From: Actinomycetes bacterium | GTDB lineage: Bacteria; Actinomycetota; Acidimicrobiia; Acidimicrobiales; JAJYPT01 | Length of the DNA stretch: 40,894 bases | Direction of reading: 5' to 3' | NCBI GenBank assembly: GCA_021795135.1 | Contig: JAJYPT010000001.1 | Coordinates: forward strand, 1-40,894 | In this document: positions 17,199 through 26,268 of the stretch, in pieces | Position numbering within the stretch: the stretch's first letter is position 1 | Layout: each line of letters begins with the position of its first letter | The notes under the pieces: model-generated | Seen by the model: the letters and a program-made list of their open reading frames with translations, nothing else | Told to the model about the DNA's origin: nothing | Databases searched by the model: none | Position numbers and translations under genes: made by a program

Positions 17199-18985
17199 TT
17201 GGAATCCTTAGTAAAACTTTCTAATTTATCTCTAAATAAAGTAGATGCGATACTAACTTTGTGAGGTTGACCCTTTAGAAAAGCTGTTGCAAAACTTTTC
17301 GCTTGTTCATAAGTAACTTTTGCTGGCATAGGAGGCTCATTAGGATTTACCTCTACATCAACCAAAGCTGGACCATCAAAAGCAAATGCTTTTGAAACCG
17401 CATCTTCTAATTCACTAGCTTTTGATACATGTATCCCAAATCCATTATTTGAATGAGCAAAAGTTGAAAAATCAGCATATTTATGCCCAGCTATTTCGTT
17501 ATGACGAACTCCAAATTCAGGATAACCTAAAACCATTTGTTCCCATAGAATTTGACCATATTCGCCGTTGTTGCTTATAAAGATTTTAATAGGTAACTTG
17601 TGACGCAAAGCTGTGAGAAATTCTGCCATCAACATAGCAAAACCTCCATCACCTACAAAACCAATACACTGACGATTAGGATGAACAAGTTGTGCTGCAA
17701 TTGTATAAGGCAAACCAGGAGCCATAGTAGCTAAATTTCCAGATAGGTAAAATTCTCTCTTATCTCTTATTTCAAAATGTCTAGCTGCCCAAGTAGCTAT
17801 AGTGCCTGAGTCTGAAGCTAAAATTGCATCATTGGAAGCGAATTGGTTTATCAACTTCATTAAATACTGAGGTTGTATAGGATCTCTATTGGGATCTTCC
17901 AAAGCCCTCATCTTGTTATTCCACTTTTTCATACTTGCTTGAATATCTGAAATAAATTTCTGGTCAGTTTTTTTATTGATGAATTTAATCAACGCCTCAA
18001 GGGTTGACTCTGTATCTCCAACTAAAGGAATTTCAGTGGGAATTCTATTGCCAGCTCTAAAAGGATCGATTTCTATTTGGACAACTTTGACATCTTTTGG
18101 AGAAGGCAAAAATTTTGTATAGGGGAAATTAGTACCTATCATGAACAAAGTATCAGCTTTTTCCATGGCCTCTTCTGAAGCCAAAGTTCCTAAAAGCCCA
18201 AGACCTCCTGTAGTAAGGGGATGATTATCTGGAACTACCGCTTTGCCAGGCAATGTCTTGACGATCGGGGCTGCTAACTTTTCAGCTACTTCAATAACTT
18301 GTTTTCTTGCCCCTAAAGCGCCAGCGCCAGCTAAAATTACTACCTTTGAAGCAGAATTTAAAACATTGGCAGCTTCAATTAGTTGTGCCTCTGGCGGAGT
18401 TTTAAACTCCTTCATATAAATGGGAGCAGTCTGAGGTTTGCGAGCAGGAGCTGTTGGCTCATAAGGATATTTATGAGCTGGAGCAATTTGGACATCAACT
18501 GGAATAGTTATATGAGAAACTGATCTACTAGACAAAGCATGCCTAATAGCTAGATCTACAATAGTTTCAGTTTGATCTGGTACATAAATCATTTGGTTAT
18601 ACCCAGCTACATCCATATATAGCTTATCTAGATGAACTTCTTGCTGATATCCAGTACCCAAAAGCTGGGTTTCTTGCATTCCAGTTATAGCTAAAACAGG
18701 CATATGATCTAATTTGGCATCATAAAGTCCATTCAAAAGATGGATGCCTCCAGGACCTGAAGTAGCCATACAAACTCCAACTTGTCCTGTTAGTTTTGCA
18801 TGGCCTGTGGCCATAAAAGCTGCTGCTTCTTCATGATGAACCAAGACAAATTTTATTCTATCTTGGGTCCGTCTAAGGCCTTCCATCAAACCATTGATAC
18901 CATCTCCAGGGAGACCAAAAATAGTATCAATTCCCCAATCAGCTAAACGTTGCATTAAAGTCTGAGCTACTATCTGTTGGGCCAT
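17195..18985 (-). CDS. Thiamine-diphosphate-dependent enzyme, pyruvate oxidase / pyruvate:quinone oxidoreductase (PoxB)-like
   Basis: 596 aa. N-terminal Pyr domain (FGLPGDGINGL...HEEAAAFMA...SGPGGIHLLNGLYDA), central domain, and C-terminal PP domain with GDGGFAM...NNGEYG (GDG-x24-NN ThDP/Mg motif). GAGGAG Shine-Dalgarno 7 nt upstream of the ATG. Confidence 0.88.
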   Translation of the reverse strand: MAQQIVAQTLMQRLADWGIDTIFGLPGDGINGLMEGLRRTQDRIKFVLVHHEEAAAFMATGHAKLTGQVGVCMATSGPGGIHLLNGLYDAKLDHMPVLAITGMQETQLLGTGYQQEVHLDKLYMDVAGYNQMIYVPDQTETIVDLAIRHALSSRSVSHITIPVDVQIAPAHKYPYEPTAPARKPQTAPIYMKEFKTPPEAQLIEAANVLNSASKVVILAGAGALGARKQVIEVAEKLAAPIVKTLPGKAVVPDNHPLTTGGLGLLGTLASEEAMEKADTLFMIGTNFPYTKFLPSPKDVKVVQIEIDPFRAGNRIPTEIPLVGDTESTLEALIKFINKKTDQKFISDIQASMKKWNNKMRALEDPNRDPIQPQYLMKLINQFASNDAILASDSGTIATWAARHFEIRDKREFYLSGNLATMAPGLPYTIAAQLVHPNRQCIGFVGDGGFAMLMAEFLTALRHKLPIKIFISNNGEYGQILWEQMVLGYPEFGVRHNEIAGHKYADFSTFAHSNNGFGIHVSKASELEDAVSKAFAFDGPALVDVEVNPNEPPMPAKVTYEQAKSFATAFLKGQPHKVSIASTLFRDKLESFTKDSK

Positions 18986-19008
18986 TTATTTCTCCTCATC
19001 CAGTCTTT

Positions 19009-19040
19009 CTTTTAGCTCTAGTACAAGTTCAAGCTAAAAG
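19009..19040 (-). other. Perfect 9-bp inverted repeat (CTTTTAGCT / AGCTAAAAG, 14-nt loop) between ileS and the TPP-enzyme gene
   Basis: Read directly from the sequence. No U-tract follows on either strand. A weaker stem plus T6 (plus-strand 19051-19075) lies closer to the ileS stop and is the better terminator candidate. Confidence 0.35.
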
Positions 19041-19094
19041 GTAGATAAGGAAAAAATTACCCTTTGGTCAAGTAACTAAACCTCAAAAAATAAT

Positions 19095-22000
19095 TTAGTT
19101 TTGTTCAACTTTGGAAATCTTGATATAAACGCTTTGTCCATCTATGTTGATTTGATCAGTAAAATCAGCAGGAGAATCTTTCAATACTATAGGTTTGGCA
19201 GCTAATATCTCATGTTCGATCCAATTACCATGTCGTTTGAGAACCAATTCTAATTTAGGATCTCCAAATACCTCCACCAAAATACGATCTGCTATTTCAA
19301 ATCCTTTTTGTTTACGCAAATCGTTTATATCTCTAGAAAGTTCTCTAGCAAAAGCTTCCAAGATTAGATCCTCATTGAGTTCTAAATCTAAAGCAACCGC
19401 CCAACTTCCCTGTTGAACTAAAGTAAGATTTTCATGACTAGAAGCTCTTATTTCAACTTCATCTGGTTCGAGTCTAAAACCTGATATTTCGATAAAACCA
19501 TTTTCATCGAAACTTTGTTTTAGTAAATTACCATCTGCTTTTGCTAAAGCTTGTTTTACTTCATTTACAGCTGCGCCTAGTTTTGGTCCTAAAATCTTGA
19601 AATTAGGAATTATAGTCCAACTAACTAAACCTGCAATATTATCTACATCTTCTAAAGATTTTACATTTAGCTCTATTGCAATTTCATCTTTTATCTCTTT
19701 ACTAAGACTAATTCCTGGATGAACCAAGACAGCTCTTTTTAAAGGCTGACGAATCTTACTCTTACCTTGAGAACGAGCTGCTCTGCCCAATACAACTAAT
19801 TTTCTAGCTACATCCATTTGCTCCAACAATTCATTATCACTTGGCAAAGGTAGCTCAAAATCTTTCAATTGAGGCCAACTAGATAGATGAACTGATTGTT
19901 GATTGGTCAAATTTGTATAAATTGTTTCAGAAATAAAAGGAGCAAAAGGAGCCAACAGTTGACTAGTGACAACAAGACACTTATAAAGGGTTGCAAAAGC
20001 ACAAGGATCTTCAGAACTCCAAAAACGAGGTCTAGATCTACGTACGTACCAATTTGAAAGATCATCAATAAATTTAGCGATGGCTTGGGCGGCGTTCAAA
20101 GAATCAAAAGCTTCCATACTTTTGGTAACTAAATCAACGCTTTGTCTCAACTCTTGCAGTATCCAACGATCCAAAACATGACATTGGTTTTGATTAGCTT
20201 GTACTTTTGGAGGTGTCCAATTTTCCAAATCAGCATAAGTTGCAAAAAATGAATACACGTTCCATAAAGTGACTAAGGTTTTTCGCGAGGCTTCTTTTAT
20301 GCTTTCTTCATCTATACGCCTATTTACCCAAGGAGACCCCCCATAGTAAAAATACCAACGTAAAGAATCGGCTCCAAATTCCGAAAAAGCCTGCCAAGGA
20401 TCAACTACATTGCCTCGAGATTTAGACATCTTTAAGCCGTTTTCATCTACCACATGGGCTAAACAAACCACATTGAGATATGGAGTAGAACCAAAAGCTA
20501 AAGAATTGACCGCTAGCAGAGAATAAAACCATCCCCTGGTCTGATCTATTGCTTCACAAATAAAATCTGCAGGAAAAACTTCTTCCAAAGATTGTGGGCC
20601 TTCAAAAGGATAGTGGAATTGGGCCAAAGGCATTGATCCAGAATCAAACCAAGCATCTAAAACCGGCTGGATTCGCTTAGCTGTAAAAGAACAATCCACC
20701 TCTTGGCAAGGGAAAGTTATTTCATCAACAAAAGGCCTATGTAGATCTAGTTCTGTTAAATCTTTCCCACTCAATTGAGAAAGTTCCTCAACAGATCCCA
20801 CACAAAAAAGATGCCCATCTTCACACTTCCAAATAGGTATTGGAGTACCCCAATACCTATCCCTAGAAAGAGTCCAATCTATATTGTTTTCTAACCAGTC
20901 TCCAAATCTTCCGTGTTTTATATACTCTGGATGCCATCCTATGCGTTCATTTTCTGACAACAAGGTCTCTCTATTGGCAGATGTACGTAAAAACCAAGAA
21001 GTACGAGCCCAATAAATAAGGGGGGTATCACATCTCCAACAATGCGGATAAGAATGATTGAAACTCATTACTTTTACCAATAGGGATCGCGAAGCTAAAT
21101 CTTCAATAATTTGAGGATTGACCTCTCTAGCACCTTGTCCACTAAAACGTACACTGGAGTCAAAAAGCCCATCAGGACCTATAGGGTTCAAAACCTCTAG
21201 ATTTTTTTCTTCAGCTAATTGCATATCTTCTGTACCAAAAGCAGGAGAGATATGCACTAATCCACTGCCTTCTTCGGTGCTGACAAAATCTGCTGTTACT
21301 ACATGAGGTGCCTGTTTAAGTTTAAGGTCTTCAAATGGTCTTTTATAAAGCTTTCCTACTAAATCTTCAGCTTTGTAATAAGCCACTATTTGGGCATCTT
21401 CGGGAACTAAAGTCTTTGCACAAATCAAATCTCGAAAACCATCTTCAGATTTGTATTGGACATATTCCATATCAGGTCCGATTGCTACAGCTACATTAGA
21501 TACCAAAGTCCAAGGAGTAGTTGTCCAAACTAATAAATCTGCTTCAATATCTACTAGTGGAAACCTAACAAAAACTGAGTCATCGGTAATATCTTTAAAG
21601 CCTTGTGCTAATTCATGAGAAGATAAAACAGTTCCGCATCGTGGACAATAAGGAGAAACTCGATAACCTTCATATAAAAGCTCTTCATCCCAAAGTTTAT
21701 GAAGAATCCACCAAACTGATTCTATATACGAATTAGACATAGTCCAATAAGCATCTTGGGAATCTATCCATACTCCGGCTCTTTCTGTAAGTGCAACCCA
21801 ATCAGAAACATAGCGTTGAACAGATTCACGACAGCGTTCGTTGAAAAAACCGATTCCAACTTTTTCAATATCGGTTTTACTCGAAAGACCTAACTGTTTT
21901 TCTACTTCTATCTCTACTGGAAGTCCATGGCAATCCCAACCACCTTTTCTAGAGACAAGATATCCTTGCATAGTCTTAAACCGAACAAAGAGATCTTTAA

Positions 22001-22193
22001 AAGCTCGTGCCCAAACGTGGTGCAGACCCGGACGTCCATTTGCTGTTGGAGGACCTTCATAAAAAGTCCATCTAGGCGCGTCTTGTCGCTGTTGCTTTAC
22101 TTGCTCCAACAACTCTATGGACTTCCATGTTTCTAATACCTTATTTTCAAGGCTGACAAAATTTATTTGAGGATCAACGGGACCAAAGGTCAT
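19095..22193 (-). CDS. ileS: Isoleucine--tRNA ligase (long, type-2-like form, 1032 aa)
   Basis: PPTANGRPGLHHV (HIGH region), KMSKSRGN (KMSKS), editing-domain sequences, and CPRCGT / CWRCDT zinc knuckles. Confidence 0.97.
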   Translation of the reverse strand: MTFGPVDPQINFVSLENKVLETWKSIELLEQVKQQRQDAPRWTFYEGPPTANGRPGLHHVWARAFKDLFVRFKTMQGYLVSRKGGWDCHGLPVEIEVEKQLGLSSKTDIEKVGIGFFNERCRESVQRYVSDWVALTERAGVWIDSQDAYWTMSNSYIESVWWILHKLWDEELLYEGYRVSPYCPRCGTVLSSHELAQGFKDITDDSVFVRFPLVDIEADLLVWTTTPWTLVSNVAVAIGPDMEYVQYKSEDGFRDLICAKTLVPEDAQIVAYYKAEDLVGKLYKRPFEDLKLKQAPHVVTADFVSTEEGSGLVHISPAFGTEDMQLAEEKNLEVLNPIGPDGLFDSSVRFSGQGAREVNPQIIEDLASRSLLVKVMSFNHSYPHCWRCDTPLIYWARTSWFLRTSANRETLLSENERIGWHPEYIKHGRFGDWLENNIDWTLSRDRYWGTPIPIWKCEDGHLFCVGSVEELSQLSGKDLTELDLHRPFVDEITFPCQEVDCSFTAKRIQPVLDAWFDSGSMPLAQFHYPFEGPQSLEEVFPADFICEAIDQTRGWFYSLLAVNSLAFGSTPYLNVVCLAHVVDENGLKMSKSRGNVVDPWQAFSEFGADSLRWYFYYGGSPWVNRRIDEESIKEASRKTLVTLWNVYSFFATYADLENWTPPKVQANQNQCHVLDRWILQELRQSVDLVTKSMEAFDSLNAAQAIAKFIDDLSNWYVRRSRPRFWSSEDPCAFATLYKCLVVTSQLLAPFAPFISETIYTNLTNQQSVHLSSWPQLKDFELPLPSDNELLEQMDVARKLVVLGRAARSQGKSKIRQPLKRAVLVHPGISLSKEIKDEIAIELNVKSLEDVDNIAGLVSWTIIPNFKILGPKLGAAVNEVKQALAKADGNLLKQSFDENGFIEISGFRLEPDEVEIRASSHENLTLVQQGSWAVALDLELNEDLILEAFARELSRDINDLRKQKGFEIADRILVEVFGDPKLELVLKRHGNWIEHEILAAKPIVLKDSPADFTDQINIDGQSVYIKISKVEQN

Positions 22194-22195
22194 AC

Positions 22196-22217
22196 TTCAA
22201 CTTTACGCTAAGTTGAA
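22196..22217 (-). promoter_or_regulatory. 8-bp perfect hairpin filling the pabC-ileS spacer (possible translation-initiation modulator)
   Basis: The minus strand reads TAA-AGGG-TTCAACTT-agcgta-AAGTTGAA-GT-ATG. The stem ends 2 nt before the ileS ATG. The only SD-like element (AGGG) lies 5' of the stem. Confidence 0.3.
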
Positions 22218-22221
22218 CCCT

Positions 22222-23058
22222 TTAGGGATCTTCATTAGAAAAGACTAATTCATTAAATGAATTAATAACAGATTTTGTAATTGGTCCTTTTGTTCCTAAA
22301 AGCGTTCTATTGTTTATTTTTGCTATTGGAGACAAAGGTCGAGTAGTTGAAGCTAAAAAAGCTTCGTCTACTTCTTCTAAAAACTCTATAGGAAAATCTT
22401 TTTCTATCACTTTGCTAGATTCAATAACAAGAGCCCTAGTAACTCCTTCCAAACATCCTGATTGCAAAGTAGGGGTAAATAAGCTTCCATCTTTAACTAT
22501 AAAAATATTACTTCCTGTGCCTTCACAAATATTTCCTATCGTATTTGGAAAAATTGCTTCAGTTGCTCCTTGTTGTTTAGCTTGTTCTAATGCTCTTACG
22601 TTTTCACCATAAGAAGTACTTTTGACTCCTGATAAAGCCCCTCTTTCATTACGAGGCCAATCAACTACTATGACATTTTCACTTTCTCCTCTTTGTATCA
22701 CCTCCCGAGTAGCAATTACTAATGTAGGATCAGCATCTCCTCTCAAAGAACCTATTGGAGATATTCCTCCTGAAAGGGTTATCCTCAAAGCAGCTCTGTC
22801 ACATTTATTAGCATTTATCACTTTATAACAAGCTTCTAATAATAAATCCTTAGGAGGACATTTCAAACAAAGAGCAGCTGCAGATCGAGCTAAGCGATCT
22901 AAGTGACGAGTGATAGCAAAAGGCTTGCCTTGGTTGATGTCTATTGTTTCAAACACACCATCTCCAACAACAAAACCATGATCAAAAACAGATACATAAG
23001 CAGAGCTAGCAGGCACTAAAGAGCCATTTATCCAAACAAAATTTTCTAATTGATTCAT
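22222..23058 (-). CDS. pabC: Class IV aminotransferase-fold protein, probably aminodeoxychorismate lyase
   Basis: 278 aa. FETIDINQGKPFAITRHLDRLARSA and a later VKSTSYGENV Lys context are typical of fold-type IV PLP enzymes. Directly downstream of pabB. An IlvE/Dat-like function is not excluded. Confidence 0.7.
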   Translation of the reverse strand: MNQLENFVWINGSLVPASSAYVSVFDHGFVVGDGVFETIDINQGKPFAITRHLDRLARSAAALCLKCPPKDLLLEACYKVINANKCDRAALRITLSGGISPIGSLRGDADPTLVIATREVIQRGESENVIVVDWPRNERGALSGVKSTSYGENVRALEQAKQQGATEAIFPNTIGNICEGTGSNIFIVKDGSLFTPTLQSGCLEGVTRALVIESSKVIEKDFPIEFLEEVDEAFLASTTRPLSPIAKINNRTLLGTKGPITKSVINSFNELVFSNEDP

Positions 23059-23070
23059 TGTTATTCTTTT

Positions 23071-24093
23071 CTAAAAATTGTTAGCAGCTATATTTATCAA
23101 ACGAGTAGCTTTTAGTTCGGTTTCTTCCCATTCTCCCTCAGGGGTAGAGTCCCAAGTAATTGCTCCTCCTGTTCCAAAGTATAATTTGGAATCTTGTATC
23201 CAAAAGCTACGTATCGCTACATTAATTTCTCCTTGTTGCCTATCAGCATCTACCCATCCCAAACCCCCACAATAGATAGACCTTTCAACTGGCTCTAAGG
23301 CATCTATCAACTCTAAAGCTGCCTCTTTGGGAGTTCCTGTTACCGAACCTGGAGGAAAACTAGCATCTATAATCTCTTGCCACGATATTCCAGATTTAAG
23401 ATTGCCCTCAACATCTGAAACAAGATGTACCAAACCAGGATGTTGTTCTAGTCGACATAAGTCAGTTACGTGGACAGAACCATAGTCACAAACTTTTCCC
23501 AAATCATTTCGAACTAAATCAACGATCATGATATTTTCTGCCCTGTCTTTGGGTTTTAGTTCCAAAGCATTAGCAGCAGTGCCTTTTATGGGACTAGAAA
23601 TTATTTTATTTCCTTTTCTTTTTAAAAATAATTCAGGTGATGCAGAAGAAATTTCTACTAGCCCTGGGACACTGATGCATGCTGAATAAGGAGCTGGATT
23701 TGAACGTTGCAATATAGATCCCAGCCCTAGGATCGCATTAGGAATCATATAATCAAAATCTGTTGAAAGAACTCTGCAAAGATTTACTTGATACACATCC
23801 CCAAGCGATATAGAAGTCCTAATGGAATCTACAGTTTTGATATAGGTAGCTTTATCTAAAGAGCTAGTCCAACTTTCAAGAGAAACTCCAGGCCAATTTG
23901 GATATTCTAAAAACTTAGTTTTTTCTAAATTGGCAAATTTAAAACAAAGTGGCAGACCTTTAAATGGCAATACAACAAACCACCAACCTTTGGAATCCAA
24001 TACAGCAAGATCGGTGGTTATTTCTACTAAATTAGTCGCAAAAAATCCATTAACCCAAGCTGACCCTTCATAATTCTTGCCCTTGAATTTCAT
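23071..24093 (-). CDS. pabB: Aminodeoxychorismate synthase component I, short form
   Basis: Chorismate-binding domain with SPIKGT (Lys as in PabB, not the PIAGT of TrpE), RAENIMIVDLVRND, GSVTGTPK and GGAITWDS. I prefer ATG 24093; the track ORF begins at TTG 24138. Confidence 0.8.
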   Translation of the reverse strand: MKFKGKNYEGSAWVNGFFATNLVEITTDLAVLDSKGWWFVVLPFKGLPLCFKFANLEKTKFLEYPNWPGVSLESWTSSLDKATYIKTVDSIRTSISLGDVYQVNLCRVLSTDFDYMIPNAILGLGSILQRSNPAPYSACISVPGLVEISSASPELFLKRKGNKIISSPIKGTAANALELKPKDRAENIMIVDLVRNDLGKVCDYGSVHVTDLCRLEQHPGLVHLVSDVEGNLKSGISWQEIIDASFPPGSVTGTPKEAALELIDALEPVERSIYCGGLGWVDADRQQGEINVAIRSFWIQDSKLYFGTGGAITWDSTPEGEWEETELKATRLINIAANNF

Positions 24094-24281
24094 TATTGAA
24101 TCAAACCTACCTTGGCAAACAAAACTAAAGATAGACAATAAAAATAAAGTCTAAAGATGAATCTATTACCTTAGATCCTTTAGTGATGCCACTATAAATA
24201 AATTCAAAATATTTATCAATTTTTTAACACAGCAAGAAGTTCCATTTCAAAATCCTTAGCCTTTATTTTTAATTATTTTCC

Positions 24282-24310
24282 TTGACCAATGATTATTTCT
24301 ACTAAATACT
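24282..24310 (+). promoter_or_regulatory. Candidate sigma70-type promoter for the DUF2249 operon
   Basis: TTGACC (24282-24287), a 17-nt spacer, then AATACT (or TAAATA with a 15-nt spacer). AGGAG Shine-Dalgarno at 24348-24352 before ATG 24359. Pattern match only. Confidence 0.25.
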
Positions 24311-24358
24311 AGAAATATAAAAGTTGATTTTAAACAACATCCAAGCTAGGAGATAGAG

Positions 24359-24799
24359 ATGAGCAGTCTCGATGTAAGACAGATCGTTCCAGCTAAGCGT
24401 CATGAAGCCATATATCAAGCTTTAGATAAACTCTCCACAGGAGAAATCCTAGAAATTATTGTAGATCACAGGCCTACTCCTTTGAAATATGAGATAGAAG
24501 CAACAAGGCCAGGCCAATACAGTTGGCAAGATGGCACAAATGGACCAACAGTATTTTCTGCTAATTTAACTTGTAAAGCCAAAATAGTTGACGTAAGACC
24601 AATTATCGAAAAAGGAGAAGAACCATTTGACACGATAATGGAAGCAGTTAGTGACTTAGAAGAAACTCAACCTTTGGTAATACTTGCCCCATTTGAACCA
24701 GTACCCCTAGAAGGAGTTTTGTCTTCTCAAGGCTTTGCATATGATGCTGTAGCCCTAGAAGGAGGAGACTGGCGAGTAAGTTTTAGTAAAAATATATGA
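24359..24799 (+). CDS. Tandem DUF2249 domain protein
   Basis: Two repeats of the DUF2249 pattern (LDVRQIVPAKRHEAIYQALDKL...LEIIVDHRPTPL and VDVRPIIEKGEEPFDTIMEAVSDL...LVILAPFEPVPL). Good Shine-Dalgarno. The stop overlaps the next start as ATGA. Confidence 0.85.
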   Translation: MSSLDVRQIVPAKRHEAIYQALDKLSTGEILEIIVDHRPTPLKYEIEATRPGQYSWQDGTNGPTVFSANLTCKAKIVDVRPIIEKGEEPFDTIMEAVSDLEETQPLVILAPFEPVPLEGVLSSQGFAYDAVALEGGDWRVSFSKNI

Positions 24800-26190
24800 C
24801 ACATACCAATACTCCTTCTCCTAAATCACGTCCAAATTCTCCTATTTCGGGCTTGCCAGGAGCTTTAGGATCTGCAGTCCCACCCCCTATAGTTCCTTTT
24901 CGTTTCTTTATTGCCTGTGGTCTTGGATTGATTGGCTTTGGAATAGCTTTGGCTTTTAATGCAGGACCTGTAATAAATAACCCAACTGGCCATCAAGTTC
25001 TCGCCGTTGTCCACTTGGCTCTACTCGCATTTTTATCTACTTTAGTAATAGGGGCTTTACATCAGTTTGGTCCAGTGCTTGGATCTAAACCTTTACGATC
25101 TATAAAGTGGGCTACCTTATCATTTTGGCTTTTTGTAATAGGTTCTTGGGGTCTTCCTTTAGGTTTTGCCACTGGGGTTTCTGTTTTAGTTTCAATCTCT
25201 GGAGCAATTGTTGTTTGTGGAGTCGCAATCATTATTTGGAACCTATCAGCTCCTCTTTCATCTAAAGATAAAAGTGTCTCAGCTACTGGACTAAGGTGGT
25301 CTTTGACTTTTTTAGTAATAACAGTTTTTTTTGGTATGCTATATGCTCTAGATAGAGAAAATAACTGGTTTTTATTGGTTCCTCACATAGTCTTAGCCCA
25401 TGCTCATTTAGGTTTAATTGGTTGGATTGGACTTAGTTATGTAGCTGTATCGGAAAAATTATTACCTATGTTTTTACTTGCTCACAGACCAACTCCTGGG
25501 CCAGGAGCTTGGGCAGTAAGACTTATACCTTTGGGACTTTTTATCTTGGCCCCAGGTCTAGTCCTTGGAATCAGTTGGATTGTAGCAGTGGGTGCAATAG
25601 TTCTAATTGGGGGATTGACAGCCCATCTTGGTTCATTATTTGACTACATCTACAAAAGACGTAGACGTAAGTTCGATTTCTATCAAGGATTTTTACTAGC
25701 TTCAGCATCATTTTTAGTTTTAGCCATAATATTTGGTCTTATCGCTGCTTTGGCTCATGCTTCTACCTCTTTGCGTACCCATTTAGTAGAAGATGAAATT
25801 ATTTCCCTAACCGCTTGGCTTAGTATAGCTAGTGTTGGTCATCTTCATAAGGTAATTCCTTTTATTAACTGGGGACTTTTGCGCTCTAAGGGTCTAGCGA
25901 CAAGACAAGGTGGTAAACAGCTTTTGTTTGCTGACTTATTTGAATCAAAAATTGCTTGGATTAGTTTGGTTGGCTTGGTCTTGAGTTTTGTTCTTTTAGA
26001 TGCCTCTGTTGTAACGACCATATCTCAAGGCATTGTAATCTCTGGAGTATTTTTATCCCTAGTAAGTCTTATTACGATGTGGAATTTAGGATTAGGTCCA
26101 AAAAGAGCTCTCAGAGACGAAAACAAGGGATCTGTTTTGTCTGAAAAAGATCTTTCGATGATGCGTAACATTCACAATAAACAATTTTAG
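24796..26190 (+). CDS. 12-TM membrane protein with intramembrane His clusters (possible heme/copper-binding, HCO-subunit-I- or NnrS-like)
   Basis: 464 aa, about 12 hydrophobic helices. His residues inside predicted TMs: VVHLALL and GALHQFG (TM2), PHIVLAHAHLGLIGW (TM6), TAHLGS (TM8), VGHLHKVIPF (TM10). The CDS is well supported; the function is inferred only. Confidence 0.6.
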   Translation: MTHTNTPSPKSRPNSPISGLPGALGSAVPPPIVPFRFFIACGLGLIGFGIALAFNAGPVINNPTGHQVLAVVHLALLAFLSTLVIGALHQFGPVLGSKPLRSIKWATLSFWLFVIGSWGLPLGFATGVSVLVSISGAIVVCGVAIIIWNLSAPLSSKDKSVSATGLRWSLTFLVITVFFGMLYALDRENNWFLLVPHIVLAHAHLGLIGWIGLSYVAVSEKLLPMFLLAHRPTPGPGAWAVRLIPLGLFILAPGLVLGISWIVAVGAIVLIGGLTAHLGSLFDYIYKRRRRKFDFYQGFLLASASFLVLAIIFGLIAALAHASTSLRTHLVEDEIISLTAWLSIASVGHLHKVIPFINWGLLRSKGLATRQGGKQLLFADLFESKIAWISLVGLVLSFVLLDASVVTTISQGIVISGVFLSLVSLITMWNLGLGPKRALRDENKGSVLSEKDLSMMRNIHNKQF

Positions 26191-26268
26191 TGAGCAAAAG
26201 TAATAGAACTATGTTGATCAACTCCATAAAAATCATCAAGAATAATTCTGACAGCGAGAATTAAAAAA

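Noticed and set aside
22194-22221. T-box or other riboswitch leader upstream of ileS
   Set aside because: Only 28 nt separate the pabC stop from the ileS ATG. No specifier loop, T-box sequence or antiterminator can fit.
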